A stretch of DNA of 64,000 bases from a virus. Within the stretch, counting starts at the first letter, position 1. Every line of letters starts with the position of its first letter. Positions 47,205 to 56,733 of this stretch are shown one piece after another. The position numbers and the translations under genes are program-made. The stretch is taken from the IMG/VR virus record IMGVR_UViG_3300029171_000004. One strand, given 5' to 3'. The notes beneath the pieces are model-generated. The model saw only the letters and a list, made by a program, of their open reading frames with translations. It had not been told where the DNA came from and did no database searches.

Positions 47205-47999
47205 TTATTTTTTCTTAATTGTTACTGGTGTAAGTTTGTAAAGTTTTCCATCGGCAGTTTTAATAACTCCTTGTTCTTTGTTATAATATTCAAAGAATAC
47301 TTTACTTTTTTGTTGTTCGGAATATTCATTAAGAACATTTCTAATGGTTTTTTCAGCTATACCCTTAGCAATGGTTTCCATCATTATTTGAATAGCCTGC
47401 ATGTTCATTCCGCCAAAGCCTTGGCTAGCTGGAACAAACTCTTCTTGTGTGTGTTGAGTTTCTTGAACAGCCCTTCTTTTGTTTTGAAGTGCTGCTTGTG
47501 GATTAAAAGTCGGCATGTATTTCATCCCAGACATTTCGCCAGTGTTTGGATCTATATCCATTCTAATATCCGCTGGACTTTGTAATTGACCGCTAGGACT
47601 CATTCTAGCTGGTCCAGTGTCTCCGCCAGAAAACATCCTCTCCAAAGCATCTAACTCACTAGAGTCAGCTTGGGGGGTAGAAAAACTAGCTAATTCTTGT
47701 TTAAACTCAGGTTTAACCTCTTCCTTGTGTGAATTAGGGCTTGATTTTTTGGATGGCTCAGGAAGGGCCTGAAATTGTCCTGGGGCGTTTTTACCAGTAG
47801 CCTGGATGTACTTACTAAACTCATCCCTTGCGGCACCCCTTTTTAAAGCTGCGAGTTTTTGGGCCATATTTGAATTTTGAGCGCCGACAACAGATTCTGT
47901 GATGGTTTGGCCAGCGTTCTTTACACCCATCTTTTCAAGCATCTCTTTTCTCCTTCTCAAGATGGCGTTTTTTTGATCTTCTGAAACATATTCTTCCAT
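47205..47999 (-). CDS. hypothetical late-type protein
   Basis: 264 aa ORF, ITES/LNE motifs, TATTTATTA upstream. Confidence 0.65.
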   Translation of the reverse strand: MEEYVSEDQKNAILRRRKEMLEKMGVKNAGQTITESVVGAQNSNMAQKLAALKRGAARDEFSKYIQATGKNAPGQFQALPEPSKKSSPNSHKEEVKPEFKQELASFSTPQADSSELDALERMFSGGDTGPARMSPSGQLQSPADIRMDIDPNTGEMSGMKYMPTFNPQAALQNKRRAVQETQHTQEEFVPASQGFGGMNMQAIQIMMETIAKGIAEKTIRNVLNEYSEQQKSKVFFEYYNKEQGVIKTADGKLYKLTPVTIKKK

Positions 48000-48029
48000 G
48001 TGGTTATTTTTAAGTTTTATTAATAAATA

Positions 48030-48533
48030 TTAGTCAAAATCCTCTTCGCTAAAATTTTCAGCTTCATCCAGAGAGACCTTGGTCGGTTTTTCATCAAAAA
48101 AAGCTTCGTCTTCAGTGGTTGCACTTTTTTTAACACGCAACAAATCTTCTTCAGTCATTATTTTTACTTTTGAAATAATGAAGTCATGAAGAAAATTAAA
48201 TCTCATCATAATTGGCTGACCACTAATATTTTTTTTATCTTTTGTAGCCGTTTCGTCTACAACTTTTTTGGCAATAATATCTTGTAACATTTGAAATTCT
48301 TTTTCAAGCATATCAGCCCTAAGTGTTAACACGTGCTTTTCTCTATTGAATTTTCTGAATTTGATATTGGCGCTTATCTTTTCAAAAACCATTGTTTTTA
48401 AATCAATATAACTCTCCTGTTCTATTTCAGAATATGAAACATGATCTCCATAAACCTCTTCGAACTTGTTCATGGATCCATTAAATCTAATATCAATTAG
48501 AATTGGTATTGTATTGGTTCTGCTTTTAGACAT
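48030..48533 (-). CDS. hypothetical protein
   Basis: 167 aa ORF. Confidence 0.6.
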   Translation of the reverse strand: MSKSRTNTIPILIDIRFNGSMNKFEEVYGDHVSYSEIEQESYIDLKTMVFEKISANIKFRKFNREKHVLTLRADMLEKEFQMLQDIIAKKVVDETATKDKKNISGQPIMMRFNFLHDFIISKVKIMTEEDLLRVKKSATTEDEAFFDEKPTKVSLDEAENFSEEDFD

Positions 48534-48828
48534 ATTTTAAAATTATAGCTTCTTGAGAATTAACATCCCACCAAACGTAAAATTTTTTATCTCGTTTTGG
48601 ATTAGAAAAAAAATATTTCTCTATCTCATCGTTAATCTTAATTTTTTTAAGTCTGGTAATATACTTTTCTTTTTCTTGCAAAATAAATTCATCTTGTGAA
48701 TTTATTTCTAGTACATCCTTTGCAATTTTTCGATTTTCTGATTGTAAAAATGCAATAATCTCATTTTTAAACATTTTTTGATTGTCTACTATTTGCTTAT
48801 AGGTATACATGTTTGAAATATAAAGCAA
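48526..48828 (-). CDS. hypothetical protein
   Basis: ORF track; start uncertain. Confidence 0.55.
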   Translation of the reverse strand: MLYISNMYTYKQIVDNQKMFKNEIIAFLQSENRKIAKDVLEINSQDEFILQEKEKYITRLKKIKINDEIEKYFFSNPKRDKKFYVWWDVNSQEAIILKYV

Positions 48829-48865
48829 GTAATAAACAAAGTAAATGATTTTTTAAAAAAGAGAA

Positions 48866-49618
48866 TTACATTCCCATTGTTCCTGAATCAACTGCTCCGC
48901 TTGGGCCAGCGCCACCAGCTGAGGACATTGTTCCAGCCCCTCCACCTGGAGGTGTCGATGGATTAAATGAAGGGTTTGCAGTTTGCTCATTATCTTTTCC
49001 TTCTTCTGGGGCTGTTGGTAAATTCAACATTTCTCTCCATTTTTTTTGCCAATCATTATAGTGATTTGCCATGGCTTCAAACATTAATTTGTTGTTATCA
49101 GCAAGTTTAATGTTTTGAGCATTTAATTTGAAGCCGTTTAGTAAAGAATATGACCAAACTATTTTACCATTTTCGCCAAGATTAATTGTGCCAGAGGCTT
49201 TGGCTTCTACCCCGTCTGGTCTTTTAACAGCAACAATAGAATAACCATTGTTTTGTTTATCAAATACAACAGAGGCACCTGGAATGTCTTTTAATATTTG
49301 TTGAAAGCTGTTCTCAAATTGTTTAATTTCAGAAGTGGTAATCTTTAAATTATTTGATGTGTTCTCCTGTATTCTAATTGGCGATTTTTTCTTTGTTTCT
49401 TTTGGGGCGTGACCACCATGAAAAAGAGTAACATCAATATCATCATCAGATAAACCGCTAGATTTTAAATCAGCATTTGCGCTTGATAGAGCCGTTTTTT
49501 GTTTTAACTCTTTTAAATTATCAAACGCTACTGATTGTATTGTTTTTTTAATTAATTGTTGTAAATCTGTGATATTCATTTTTAAATTTGTTTTATGTAT
49601 GTACTTGATTTTTGCCAC
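48866..49618 (-). CDS. hypothetical late-type protein
   Basis: Likely start MNITD; Gly/Pro-rich tail. Confidence 0.6.
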   Translation of the reverse strand: MAKIKYIHKTNLKMNITDLQQLIKKTIQSVAFDNLKELKQKTALSSANADLKSSGLSDDDIDVTLFHGGHAPKETKKKSPIRIQENTSNNLKITTSEIKQFENSFQQILKDIPGASVVFDKQNNGYSIVAVKRPDGVEAKASGTINLGENGKIVWSYSLLNGFKLNAQNIKLADNNKLMFEAMANHYNDWQKKWREMLNLPTAPEEGKDNEQTANPSFNPSTPPGGGAGTMSSAGGAGPSGAVDSGTMGM

Positions 49619-49800
49619 ATAAACTTATGCAGGTTTACGATCATAGAGCGGACTATTTCTCTGACTTGTGCATCATCGGTTTTCTTTTTTTGTTTTTCAA
49701 TAATACCTTCAATATCATGTCTAAGATCTTTTAGCTCCTGCTTCATTGTGTCTTTTATCAAAGACTTCAATCTTGTTTCGTTCCATTCTTCTGCTGCCAT
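49582..49800 (-). CDS. hypothetical protein
   Basis: 72 aa helical ORF between endolysin and next gene. Confidence 0.55.
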   Translation of the reverse strand: MAAEEWNETRLKSLIKDTMKQELKDLRHDIEGIIEKQKKKTDDAQVREIVRSMIVNLHKFMWQKSSTYIKQI

Positions 49801-49805
49801 TGGTA

Positions 49806-50699
49806 TTATGGATTAAATTTTTTAGCAAGTCTATTCGCAATTTCCAACAGTTCTGGTGTTGGTGGAAAATCTGTTTTATCTTTTCTCACATTAGTGTGCA
49901 TCCATAGACCAGGCATTTTTTTATCAATAAGTTCTTGATTAAACTCAAACCAATTGTTATCAAAAGAAGTTTGAATTTGGATGTTATAAGTTGTTATAAG
50001 ATACTCTAAAAGTCTTTCTAAGGATTCTAGTTGTTCCGTTGTAAGTTTATGAAAATAAGAGAAGCCTCTAAATGGTTTGTCTAAAGTGTATACCTGATCT
50101 GCAGAAATTTCTCTGTTTACATAAGTATAAAATTTATCACCTTTTTTGGTTATTGGCCCCCAGTTGCAAATTTCAATTCCAATTGATGCTTTATCTAAAG
50201 CCCCATTTGTACCTTTAACGCCAAGATGAAAACCCCAATAGTCTGGGTGAAAACATTCAAAAATCTGACCTGATTCACCATCTATAACATATGCTGTAGC
50301 CACTCTTGTTTCATCAGCACCCCAACCTTTGATAACGTTAGTTGCATTTGGACCACCTGCGGTGTAATGAATAAAGATTTTGTTTTTTGGTGTGCTTTGT
50401 TTTAAGTATTGTGTTGCATCCAACAATACATTTTTATTGATTTTTAATTCTCCGTAATCTTTTGGAACTGGATTAGATTTTTCTTCTTTCGCAGTTCTTT
50501 TTTGAGAAGCCTTTAGTGCTTCTAATGTATTTGGTCCACATACACCATCTGCTTCAAGGCCCATTTTTTTCTGAAATGCTTGTAGTGATCTAACTGATTT
50601 TGGTCCAAAGGTACCGTCGACTATTAGGTCATACCCCAATAGTGATAGAAGTTTTTGAACTTCAGTCACTTCCAATCCAGTATCTCCTAGTTTTACCAT
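49806..50699 (-). CDS. endolysin: peptidoglycan-binding domain + N-acetylmuramoyl-L-alanine amidase (Amidase_2)
   Basis: VDGTFGPKS..FQKKMGLEADGVCGPNT; IFIHYTAG, SIGIEI, MHTNVRKDKTD. Confidence 0.9.
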   Translation of the reverse strand: MVKLGDTGLEVTEVQKLLSLLGYDLIVDGTFGPKSVRSLQAFQKKMGLEADGVCGPNTLEALKASQKRTAKEEKSNPVPKDYGELKINKNVLLDATQYLKQSTPKNKIFIHYTAGGPNATNVIKGWGADETRVATAYVIDGESGQIFECFHPDYWGFHLGVKGTNGALDKASIGIEICNWGPITKKGDKFYTYVNREISADQVYTLDKPFRGFSYFHKLTTEQLESLERLLEYLITTYNIQIQTSFDNNWFEFNQELIDKKMPGLWMHTNVRKDKTDFPPTPELLEIANRLAKKFNP

Positions 50700-50791
50700 A
50701 ATGTTTTAGCTATAAATAGCTTAGAAAAGCACTTTTTTCTTATAAAATTGAAACTTTTTGAAACTATTTCCGTATAATAAGATAAATCGCT

Positions 50792-51199
50792 ATGAAAATG
50801 AAAGCATTGTTAAAAGACATCGCAGAAGCATTTGTAACCACTTTTTCAAGTGTTAAAACAAAAGAAGTGGTACACGAGTCAAAAGACGTAAATTTTACTG
50901 AATCACTGTTAAAAATGGAAGAGTCTTATGACGCAACTTCAATTAACAAGGTTTTATTTATGATATTGCATTGGTTGTTTTTGATTGTGGCTGTTTTTTA
51001 TCTCGGAAATCATTTGGTTGCGGCCTCTTCATTTGTTTTATCATCTTTATTTTTTACATTGTCTCACAACAGAAAAGTGTCACAGGCCGCAAAAGCTCAT
51101 TTTATAAAATTTGTTCTCAGCTCAATCAGAGAACTAGACAAAACAAAAATCCCTGGCTATCAAATTAGAAAACCAGGGATTTATGAAGATAATATCTAA
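50792..51199 (+). CDS. membrane protein
   Basis: Two central hydrophobic helices. Confidence 0.55.
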   Translation: MKMKALLKDIAEAFVTTFSSVKTKEVVHESKDVNFTESLLKMEESYDATSINKVLFMILHWLFLIVAVFYLGNHLVAASSFVLSSLFFTLSHNRKVSQAAKAHFIKFVLSSIRELDKTKIPGYQIRKPGIYEDNI

Positions 51200-51202
51200 A
51201 AG

Positions 51203-51673
51203 TTATTTTGACTCTTCGCTAATATTTCCTGTAGAAATAGAGCTTTTTTCAAATTTACCAGTTGCAGGATCAAGCTTAGTGTTTACCATATTTCCGCCAT
51301 TTTTAACGTATTCTGCTTTCCAAAGGTTTTTATATGCTTGAAGCAATGCTTGAAAAGCCTCTTTTCTTTGAGCAGGATCTTGTAAATTTTTTCCCTGAAT
51401 TGCGCTTTGTGCCCATTGACCAAGAATTTCTGGTTTTTGCATATAAGCAGAAACTACATTAACTAGTGCTCTTGAATAATTTGGTTGAGCGAGCATTTCA
51501 TCTGCTTTTTTAGCCCAATCAGTACTAAACCAACCCTCTTGCATTTCACCGTCTTCCATTTCTTGAAGTTGCTTTAATATGCTATCTCTTTCAGATTCAA
51601 GCATCATCTTCTTTTTTAGACGAATAGCTTCCTCTTTTATGATTTGTTGTAGTTTTGATTCTTCGATTTTCAT
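51203..51673 (-). CDS. hypothetical late-type protein
   Basis: MKIEESKLQQIIKEEA, MLESE motifs; TATTTATTA upstream. Confidence 0.65.
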   Translation of the reverse strand: MKIEESKLQQIIKEEAIRLKKKMMLESERDSILKQLQEMEDGEMQEGWFSTDWAKKADEMLAQPNYSRALVNVVSAYMQKPEILGQWAQSAIQGKNLQDPAQRKEAFQALLQAYKNLWKAEYVKNGGNMVNTKLDPATGKFEKSSISTGNISEESK

Positions 51674-51738
51674 GACGTTTAATAGTTAAATGTTACTAAT
51701 AAATATGAAAAAATTTGTTTTTTCTCTAATCTATTTGA

Positions 51739-53682
51739 TTATTTATCCATTAAACGCTTAAATAGGCTCTGCATAATATTTTGGTCGGCTTTTTTTACAT
51801 CTTTTTTAATGGATTGCCCATCCAAAACACGGCCCACAATCTTTGATTTTTCATCAAGTAGCTCCAAAATATCCTCATCAAGAGTATCTAAGCAGTATGG
51901 CGTAATAATTTGTATATTGTCATGTGTGGTAGAAGCTCTGTGAATTCTATCCTCAGCTTGTTCCATATCGCTAGGTGTCCAGGCAAATCCCATAAATATA
52001 AACCTTGATGCCGCTGTTAAAGTAATACCTACACCAGATGCAATGATCATACCAGAGAATACCTTGATGTTTTTATCTTTCTGAAACCTATCAACAGATT
52101 CTTGTTTGTCCACTTCATTCATGGAGCCAGTGTGAAGTACAGCTACGTCTTTAAAGTGTTCATATATTTGATTGGCGATGTCTTGAAAATCGGACATTAT
52201 AACAACCTTTTCGCCAGATTCTATAATATCTTGTATGTATTCGACAACTCTTTTAAGCCTACATTTAGCTGTAAACATTTTTAGTTTGTTGACCATAACC
52301 AAGTAGGAGTCTTTCACTTCCTCACCATCAATCATTTTTACACACTCTTCAAGAATTTTGTTGTATTCTTTGTATTCAGTGTCATCTAACTCAATTGGAA
52401 TATTTGTGTAGGTCTTAGGTGGAAGATCCTTTAAAATGTCTTTTTTTAGTCTTCTAAGGAAAAATCTTGACATTCTTTCATACAATTCTTCTAAGTTTGA
52501 TGCTCCGTCATATTTCCAACCAAAAGTATCTTGAAAACCTGCGCAATACCTAACACCAAATTCGTGTTGGTTATTCCATTCTTCTGGGTATAAAAAATTA
52601 AGTCCGACAAAGAATTCTTTGGGCCTACTTTTAATAGCTGTACCAGATAACAACAATTTTCTTGGGGCATATTTAAAAGCTTCTCTAATTATTTTTGTCC
52701 AACCAGTCTTCTTTTCTTTAATCCTGTGAAACTCATCAATCACAATAAGATCATAGTCTAAAGGATTTAATTGGTGTCCGAATTTATCTTCTGAAAATTG
52801 GTGTCCCACAATTTTACTTTTAAAAGAGTTTGAATTTTTACAAACTGGACACTCTTTGTGTTTTTGAATGTTGTCTATAATTTCGTGACCACAAATTCTG
52901 CTGCCCTTTCCTTCTGCTATTATACTGCCCTTGCAAACGTGCTTATATTGGATATCAACATATGTCTCTAAAGCTTCATAATTTATAATGTGAAATAAAG
53001 ATTCTTCTTTTGTGTATGCGGTGTGTGTGCTATTTTTCTTTGGTTTGTATTTGTATATAAAAGCTTTATCTTTTGTAAATTCAAGTGTTTCGTTTTTCCA
53101 ACCAAACTTAAGAGAAGAAGGGCATATCACAAGCGTCTTGTATCTGTGTTTGGCGGCATAAACTAGTGCAGAAAGTGTTTTACCAACTCCAGGTTGATCT
53201 CCGAGTATTGCTTTACCATTATTAATTTCAAAAAAAGCAACAGCTTGTCTTTGATAAGAGTGCGGTTGTCTTTTCATAAATGGTAACGGTTCATCTGAAA
53301 CTTGTATTTGATCCGCTTTTAACTTTAAAACTTGTGCAAGTCTATTTTGCCTTTGAATAAATTCTTGTCTAAGTTTATTGATGTCTTCTTCTAAAACGTT
53401 TTTAAAGTGAAATTTTATATCATTGTCTAAAAAAAATGAGATCACCTGACCCATTGCAACCTCACGAATTAATCGAACCCAAACATCTTTTGGTTTACCG
53501 CTATCCATATCAACTATACTGTCCACTCTAACACCCCTGTGTTCCCTTGGAAGTGTTTTTATAAACTCGGTAAGCATAGGATTATAGTCATATCTAAGCT
53601 CGTAGTTTGTCTTAAGCTTAGTTATTTCTACTTGAAATTCCTTCTTAGTTTTTAAACTTGCGGTTTTTTCTTTTTTAGCCAT
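51739..53682 (-). CDS. SNF2/SMARCAL1-like SF2 helicase
   Basis: GDQPGVGKT, IDEFH, LSGTA, FFLRRLKKD, SGVGITLT, QAEDRIHR. Confidence 0.9.
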   Translation of the reverse strand: MAKKEKTASLKTKKEFQVEITKLKTNYELRYDYNPMLTEFIKTLPREHRGVRVDSIVDMDSGKPKDVWVRLIREVAMGQVISFFLDNDIKFHFKNVLEEDINKLRQEFIQRQNRLAQVLKLKADQIQVSDEPLPFMKRQPHSYQRQAVAFFEINNGKAILGDQPGVGKTLSALVYAAKHRYKTLVICPSSLKFGWKNETLEFTKDKAFIYKYKPKKNSTHTAYTKEESLFHIINYEALETYVDIQYKHVCKGSIIAEGKGSRICGHEIIDNIQKHKECPVCKNSNSFKSKIVGHQFSEDKFGHQLNPLDYDLIVIDEFHRIKEKKTGWTKIIREAFKYAPRKLLLSGTAIKSRPKEFFVGLNFLYPEEWNNQHEFGVRYCAGFQDTFGWKYDGASNLEELYERMSRFFLRRLKKDILKDLPPKTYTNIPIELDDTEYKEYNKILEECVKMIDGEEVKDSYLVMVNKLKMFTAKCRLKRVVEYIQDIIESGEKVVIMSDFQDIANQIYEHFKDVAVLHTGSMNEVDKQESVDRFQKDKNIKVFSGMIIASGVGITLTAASRFIFMGFAWTPSDMEQAEDRIHRASTTHDNIQIITPYCLDTLDEDILELLDEKSKIVGRVLDGQSIKKDVKKADQNIMQSLFKRLMDK

Positions 53683-54082
53683 TGTGTCTTTCGGCTCTCT
53701 TAGCCTCAATTTTTCTTATTCGTATTTCTTCTTTTTCTAATCTTTGTTTTTCAGCTTCAATGGATTTAAAAAGTTTTGATTCTTCGAATGGTATATCTTG
53801 ATTTGTTCTTCTTTGTATTTCGTCACGAATAATGTCAGATAATAATTTTATATCATTCATTGCTTTTCTAACATCAACCCTTGCTGCTTTTACATCAAGA
53901 ATAAGATCTTCAGTTCTTTTTTTTATTTCATCAGCTTTCTTAATTAGTTTTAAGAGCATGTCCAACTCATTAAAATTTTTAAGTTCCTCTAACTCTTTTA
54001 AGTTCATATGATTACTTTTGATTATTTGAAATAAAACCCTTAAGGCCTTCCAACATTTCTGGGGTAAGCTTTGAGGCTGCAT
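53675..54082 (-). CDS. coiled-coil protein
   Basis: Likely start MNLKE; helical, R.DVRK.M..IK motif. Confidence 0.55.
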   Translation of the reverse strand: MQPQSLPQKCWKALRVLFQIIKSNHMNLKELEELKNFNELDMLLKLIKKADEIKKRTEDLILDVKAARVDVRKAMNDIKLLSDIIRDEIQRRTNQDIPFEESKLFKSIEAEKQRLEKEEIRIRKIEAKRAERHNG

Positions 54083-54407
54083 TCTTTTGTTCTTGATTTC
54101 TTCTGGTGATTATTTCTGTAACAGAAATACCTTCTTTTGCTGCATGATATGAGTCCACGGCAAATCTATCGTCTGTATAAAATTCAGGATCTAAACGGAC
54201 AAAAAGTTTTCCCTCCATTTTAATACCAACACCATTTTCTGATGATTCATTAACTTCAAGCCAAAAGAATCCCACCAAATCTTGTTCGTCGGTTAATTCT
54301 TGTAGGGCCTGTTTTGGGTCTGTAACTGGGGTGTGCTTGTTTTCTTGTATTTTAACACAAGCGGTATTGATATAGTTGACTACTTCTTCTTTTTTGTAAT
54401 ATGCCAT
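54012..54407 (-). CDS. hypothetical protein
   Basis: 131 aa ORF. Confidence 0.6.
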   Translation of the reverse strand: MAYYKKEEVVNYINTACVKIQENKHTPVTDPKQALQELTDEQDLVGFFWLEVNESSENGVGIKMEGKLFVRLDPEFYTDDRFAVDSYHAAKEGISVTEIITRRNQEQKNAASKLTPEMLEGLKGFISNNQK

Positions 54408-54466
54408 GATGCTTATAAATTTTATAAAATATAAGCATATGAGGCGAAAAAATCAAATAATATAAT

Positions 54467-55384
54467 CTATGACTTTCTGTGCTCTTTAAGAAGGATTTTA
54501 TCTTGTCTTTTGGTGGAATCACAATATGGGTGATTACCACCTTTAAGTGGGCAAAATATGCAACCACGCACACTAGAAATTTGTTTTATTTTTGGAAAAT
54601 ATTTGTCAATGTGTATAGATTTTACAGCATGAGCAAGTTTTTGAAGGGATTTTTTAATTTCTTCATTTGTGGAATTAACATCTACCCTTTGAATATTGCC
54701 TGGAAAAGATTTTGGATCCTTTTTGTTTCTCAATCTGTTTAAAACAACATATCCACACTCGATATCATCCATAGACACATTGTTTTTTCTTCCCCAGAAA
54801 AATTTGTAGAATCTCATCTGTGCTAGAAATATTTCATCTTGCATTTTTTTGCTTATATCCCAATCTGTACCAGATGTTTTCCAATCAAAAATTTTATATT
54901 TTTTGGTGATTTTGTGTCTTACAACCAAGTCAATAAAACCCTTAAAATAAAAATGGGAATATAGGTTTTCATATAATGGCTCCTCTATTGCAACAATTTC
55001 ATAATCTCTAAATATATTTTCAAGATCCAAGGTTCTTAGAATATTTTCCCCTTGATCTAAAAAATTGACAAAATCGTTTTTGTAATCCTGGGTATCTATC
55101 ATATTTTCCTTCATGGATTTTGTAAATGTATTCCTGAAGAACGAAACCCTCTCTTCAATATCAAGGTTGTTTTTTAAAACAATCTCTATTGAAGCATGTA
55201 TAGCATTACCAAAATATAAATGAATTGATGGTGGTTGTGTTAAAATAGCTAGATGTTTTTCCAGCAAATGTCTATGTCCACATTGATAAAACAAAGAAAA
55301 TTCACTATAACTGATATGAATTTTCTTGCCTTCGACAATTAGCTCTGGAACCTTTAAATCTTCTGTGTTTGGTGGTAATAACAT
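54467..55384 (-). CDS. PD-(D/E)xK exonuclease (RecB/Cas4-like)
   Basis: ISYSEF..QCGH, FGNAIH, KGFIDLV, FDWKTS, CIFCP. Confidence 0.85.
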   Translation of the reverse strand: MLLPPNTEDLKVPELIVEGKKIHISYSEFSLFYQCGHRHLLEKHLAILTQPPSIHLYFGNAIHASIEIVLKNNLDIEERVSFFRNTFTKSMKENMIDTQDYKNDFVNFLDQGENILRTLDLENIFRDYEIVAIEEPLYENLYSHFYFKGFIDLVVRHKITKKYKIFDWKTSGTDWDISKKMQDEIFLAQMRFYKFFWGRKNNVSMDDIECGYVVLNRLRNKKDPKSFPGNIQRVDVNSTNEEIKKSLQKLAHAVKSIHIDKYFPKIKQISSVRGCIFCPLKGGNHPYCDSTKRQDKILLKEHRKS

Positions 55385-55451
55385 AAATATATACGTAAAT
55401 GTAGTGCAAAAAAATGACAAAGAAAAGCTTTTTACTCAATATTTATAGTAA

Positions 55452-56234
55452 ATGATTTTATCAGAAGAATATAAGAGGCGTTTATCTGAGTTGTCTGGAA
55501 TAAACCCAGACAATATCCAGACTTTGGAAGAAGCCTCTGTTATGCAAGATCCATACGCCGCTTCAAAAAGCAGGGTAAAATTCGATATGGAGCTTATGAA
55601 GCAAGCCATTGAGGGTGGCATAGAAATTGGGTTAGTTTTTCAAAGCAATAATGAAAAGTACAAAATGCCAATTTGGAAAACTAGAATTGTTTGGCCTTTT
55701 GCTATGGGGGTAGACAAAAAGGGTAATCTGGTTATTCGAGGCGTTCATGTCGATGGACAATCAGAAAAAAAGGCGCTGGAAAAAAACCCTAGACAAGGTA
55801 GTGCACAAGCTAAAGATGAATGGAGATTGTTTAAAGTATCAAATATAAAGTCGATGTTTTTTACAGGTGGCTATTTTCAGGGACCTCCAACTGGAATACA
55901 GGGAGCCTTTAACCCAAACGATTCTGCTATGTCAAAAATAATTGCTGTGTTTGACAAGAAGAAGGCGGTTAATTATCAAAAAAACCTACAAAAAGACGTG
56001 CCAGTATCAAACACGCCAGTTGACAATCAAAAACCAACACAAAAACCAGTAAAACCTGCAACTAAACCGCAGACAACACAAAAACAGCCAAGCATTAAAC
56101 CACAAACAAATCAGGATTTGAAAGACAAGGCAAATGCGAGAAAGTTAAAAGATAAAGTTGATGCTATCGACTCGATTGTGAAGAAGTTGAAAGAATCTTT
56201 TCAGAACGCTTCTTTAAAGAGGTTAGAATCATAG
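55452..56234 (+). CDS. WYL-like domain protein with Gln/Pro/Thr tail
   Basis: RIVWPFAMG..NLVIRG..WRLFKVSNIKS; TATTTATA upstream. Confidence 0.55.
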   Translation: MILSEEYKRRLSELSGINPDNIQTLEEASVMQDPYAASKSRVKFDMELMKQAIEGGIEIGLVFQSNNEKYKMPIWKTRIVWPFAMGVDKKGNLVIRGVHVDGQSEKKALEKNPRQGSAQAKDEWRLFKVSNIKSMFFTGGYFQGPPTGIQGAFNPNDSAMSKIIAVFDKKKAVNYQKNLQKDVPVSNTPVDNQKPTQKPVKPATKPQTTQKQPSIKPQTNQDLKDKANARKLKDKVDAIDSIVKKLKESFQNASLKRLES

Positions 56235-56733
56235 AACAACCGACGTAAGATTTTTTTAAGTCGTGTTTTTCCATAATAGTTTTATCTTTGATGTATAGGT
56301 TAAAAAACAATGTTCGTTTTATCTCAAAAACTAATTTTTCTTCATGAAACCCCTGAAGTAAATATCCAGATTTAGAAGATTTCCACTTAATTTTTCCGAA
56401 ACTTCTTTCTAACTCAGAAACAGCTTTTTCTAGTTTTTCTTTTTCCAATCGTTTTTGTTCAATATCACGAAGTTTTCTTTTTATTTTTTCTTGAGCTTCG
56501 TTAATTTTTATTTGATTTAATATTTTAAGTTTCTCTTGTCTCTCAGTTTCGTGTCTAAGCCTTTCTTTTTCTTCATTATCTTTGTCTGTTTCCTCTTGTA
56601 TGGCCACAATTGTACTTATAGCATTTTGAGCGTCGGTTTTTGACGGTGGTCTTCCACGCTTTCTTTTGGGCGTGTTTGCTGGTTGTATTCCCTGCACTTG
56701 TGGTGTAGATGGTATTGATGGGATAATGCTCAT
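56164..56733 (-). CDS. hypothetical protein with AT-hook-like motif
   Basis: KRKRGRPPSK, coiled coil. Confidence 0.6.
   Translation of the reverse strand: MSIIPSIPSTPQVQGIQPANTPKRKRGRPPSKTDAQNAISTIVAIQEETDKDNEEKERLRHETERQEKLKILNQIKINEAQEKIKRKLRDIEQKRLEKEKLEKAVSELERSFGKIKWKSSKSGYLLQGFHEEKLVFEIKRTLFFNLYIKDKTIMEKHDLKKSYVGCSMILTSLKKRSEKILSTSSQSSR

Noticed and set aside
54467-55384. Cas4 as evidence of a CRISPR locus
   Set aside because: No cas1/cas2 or array; sits among replication genes like ordinary phage PD-(D/E)xK exonucleases
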